Positions 61,806-64,000 of a stretch of DNA of 64,000 nucleotides are shown here, piece after piece; position 1 is the stretch's first letter, and every line of letters begins with the position of its first letter. The stretch is from Mojavia pulchra JT2-VF2 (lineage in GTDB: Bacteria > Cyanobacteriota > Cyanobacteriia > Cyanobacteriales > Nostocaceae). Where the stretch lies: contig JAHHHN010000012.1 in the NCBI GenBank assembly GCA_019359325.1, positions 5,995-69,994 on the forward strand. Reading direction: 5' to 3'. Made by a program: the position numbers and the translations under genes. The notes below the pieces were generated by a model that worked only from the letters and a program-made list of their open reading frames with translations, made no database searches and was not told the origin of the DNA.

Positions 61806-64000
61806 TCAGTATCATGACTATTGCTCAGTCCGATCGCCGTCTCCTGACTGCGCTAAAAGCAACTTCCCAGGTTTGCAGCTTTGGCGTTGTCTTTATCGGC
61901 TGCGTTGTGCTGCTTGGTTGGGTGTTTGACATCGATGTTTTAAAGGGTATCTTGCCTCAGTGGGTGACGATGAAACCCAATACAGCAGCGGGCTTTGTGC
62001 TGTCGGGTTTGGCGTTGTATTTTTTACAATCAACCAGAAAAATTAAACGGCAGTTGGCTAAGGGTTGTGCCTTAGTTGTTGCTATTATGGGTCTGCTGAC
62101 TCTGAGTGAGTATTTGTTCGGCTGGAACCTGGGGATAGATCAACTGCTGTTTCCAGAAGAACCAGGAGCCATTGCGACCTCTAGCCCAGGTCGGATGTCA
62201 CCCGTATCAGCATTCAACTTTACCCTGCTTGGTACTGCTTTGTCGCTCCTGACTAGCAGGATTGTCCGTTATCGGCTGGTTCAATTGGCAGCACTCAGCA
62301 CAGCTTTAATAAGTCTCCAGATTTTAATCGGCTATACTTATGGAGCCAAACCGATATTAGGTCTAGCATCGTATACGTATGGTGCTTTCCATACTGCGAT
62401 CGCATTTGTGATGCTCTCGGTTGGGATATTGTTTGCAGCTCCCGATCAAGGGTGGATGAGCCTATTTGCCAGCAATACGGCTGGTGGAATCACAGCGCGG
62501 GTGCTGTTACCCGCGGCGGTTGCTGTCCCCTTCACGCTGGGATGGCTGCGGTTGCTGGGAGAAAGAATTGGCTGGTTTGATGCTTTCTTTGGACTTTCCC
62601 TCCATGTGACGGGTAACGTGCTTGCCTTTATGGGGTTAACTTGGTACTGTGCAAAAGGGCTGTATCGATTAGATATCAAGCGTCAACAAGCAGAGTCAGC
62701 ATTAAGAGATGCCTATGCTGAACTAGAAATGAGGGTAGAGCAACGCACGGCTGAACTATCTCAAGCAAATCAAATTCTAGAACAAGAAATTGCCGAGCGA
62801 ATGCGGACAGAAGCGGCTTTGCAACAATCCCTGAAGGATCTGGCAGATATTAAGTTTGCGTTGGATGAATCCTCAATCGTAGCAATTACAGATGCTAAAG
62901 GAATTATTACTTATATTAATGACAAATTCTGTGAGCTTTCTGGGTACTCCAGAGAAGAATTAATTGGGCAAACCCATCGTATTATCAATTCTGGCTATCA
63001 CCCAAAGACGTTTTTTCAGCAGATGTGGGCAACCATTGCTAGGGGGCAAGTTTGGCAAGGAGAGATTAAAAACCGCGCCAAGGATGGTACATACTACTGG
63101 GTGGCAACCACTATCGTGCCGTTTTCGGATGACACGGGCAAGCCATATCAATATATTGCCATTCGCTTTGATATCACCAACCGCAAGCAGGCGGAAGAAG
63201 CTTTACGTCAGAGCGAAGAACGCTTTCGTAAGGCTATCCTTGATGCTCCCCTGCCCATAATCCTGCACACTGAAGATGGGGAAGTACTGCAAATTAACCA
63301 TGCCTGGACAGAGATTACAGGTTACAGCATCGAAGATATTCCCACAATTGCAGCCTGGACAGAAAGAGCCTATAGCGATCGCCAAGAACAAGTGCTAGCT
63401 GCGATCTCCAGCGTCTTCCCCCTAGAATCCCGAACTTCTATGGGAGAATATTCCATCACTACCTATACTAGTGAAACCCGGATTTGGGATTTCTATGCTG
63501 CCCCTGTCGGTCAGTTGTCGGATGGCAGGAGGCTGGTGATTGTAACAGCGATCGATGTGACCAAACGCAAGCAAACCGAACAAGAGCGCAATCAGTTCTT
63601 TACCCTTTCCCTTGATATGCTGTGCATTGCTGGGGTCGATGGCTACTTCAAGCAGCTTAACCCGGCTTGGGAGAGAGTTCTAGGCTACAGCCAAGCAGAA
63701 CTTTTGGCTGAACCGTATATTAACTTTGTGCATCCTGAAGACCAGGAAAAGACAATTGTAGAAGCTGAAAACGTGGTACTGGGTAATTCTACATTCGTCT
63801 TTGAAAATCGTTACCGTTGTAAAGATGGGTCATACAAGTGGTTTTCTTGGTCATCAGTTTTAACTCCTGAAAACGGCTTAGTATATGCCGTGACGCGAGA
63901 TGTGACGGCTCAAAAGCAAGCAGAACAGCAGCTAGCGCAACAAGCAGCGATATTGCAAAGGCAAGCTGACCTCCTTGAGTTGACATACGAAGCGATCATC
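61806..64000 (+). CDS. Sensor protein, partial (N-terminal polytopic membrane sensor domain followed by multiple PAS domains and coiled coil); continues beyond window
   Basis: Open frame from ATG 61806 to window end with no stop; PAS S-box motifs ([26 protein letters not shown]..., [18 protein letters not shown]). Confidence 0.75.

Overview
This window looks like chromosomal DNA from a heterocyst-forming cyanobacterium of the Nostoc/Anabaena type. It is rich in HIP1 GCGATCGC palindromes and STRR heptamer repeats, and it encodes an NtcA protein whose sequence I recognise as the Anabaena global nitrogen regulator. The left two thirds (1-42.6 kb) is mostly ordinary housekeeping: pnp, ntcA, fabI, hisB, folP, tpiA, atpD-atpC, ruvB and hisF, plus an SNF2 helicase, SPFH/flotillin proteins, a WD40 Ser/Thr kinase and polysaccharide export and glycosyltransferase genes. 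The most notable feature is an ~18.9 kb Tn7-like CRISPR-associated transposon (CAST) of type I-B architecture at 42661-61595, inserted 32 bp downstream of a tRNA-Ala(GGC) gene. It has a fused tnsAB, then tnsC and tnsD (a long TniQ-family protein), a second short tniQ, a cas6-cas8-cas7-cas5 minimal Cascade operon with no cas3 or cas1/2/4, and a three-repeat CRISPR mini-array. Its ends are TGT...ACA inverted termini carrying TnsB-type repeats and flanked by an AAATT(T) direct duplication. Its cargo is an hsdM-hsdS type I methyltransferase/specificity pair with no hsdR, translationally coupled to an ABC-type ATPase and an HNH nuclease that resemble Septu PtuA/PtuB. This may be a hybrid defence module. 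Also present are a caspase-like pseudogene with two in-frame stop codons, a ~150 bp MITE-like repeat in two copies, a 21 bp tandem repeat at the window start, and a partial PAS sensor kinase gene at the right edge. All calls rest on motifs read from the sequence. No database searches were possible.
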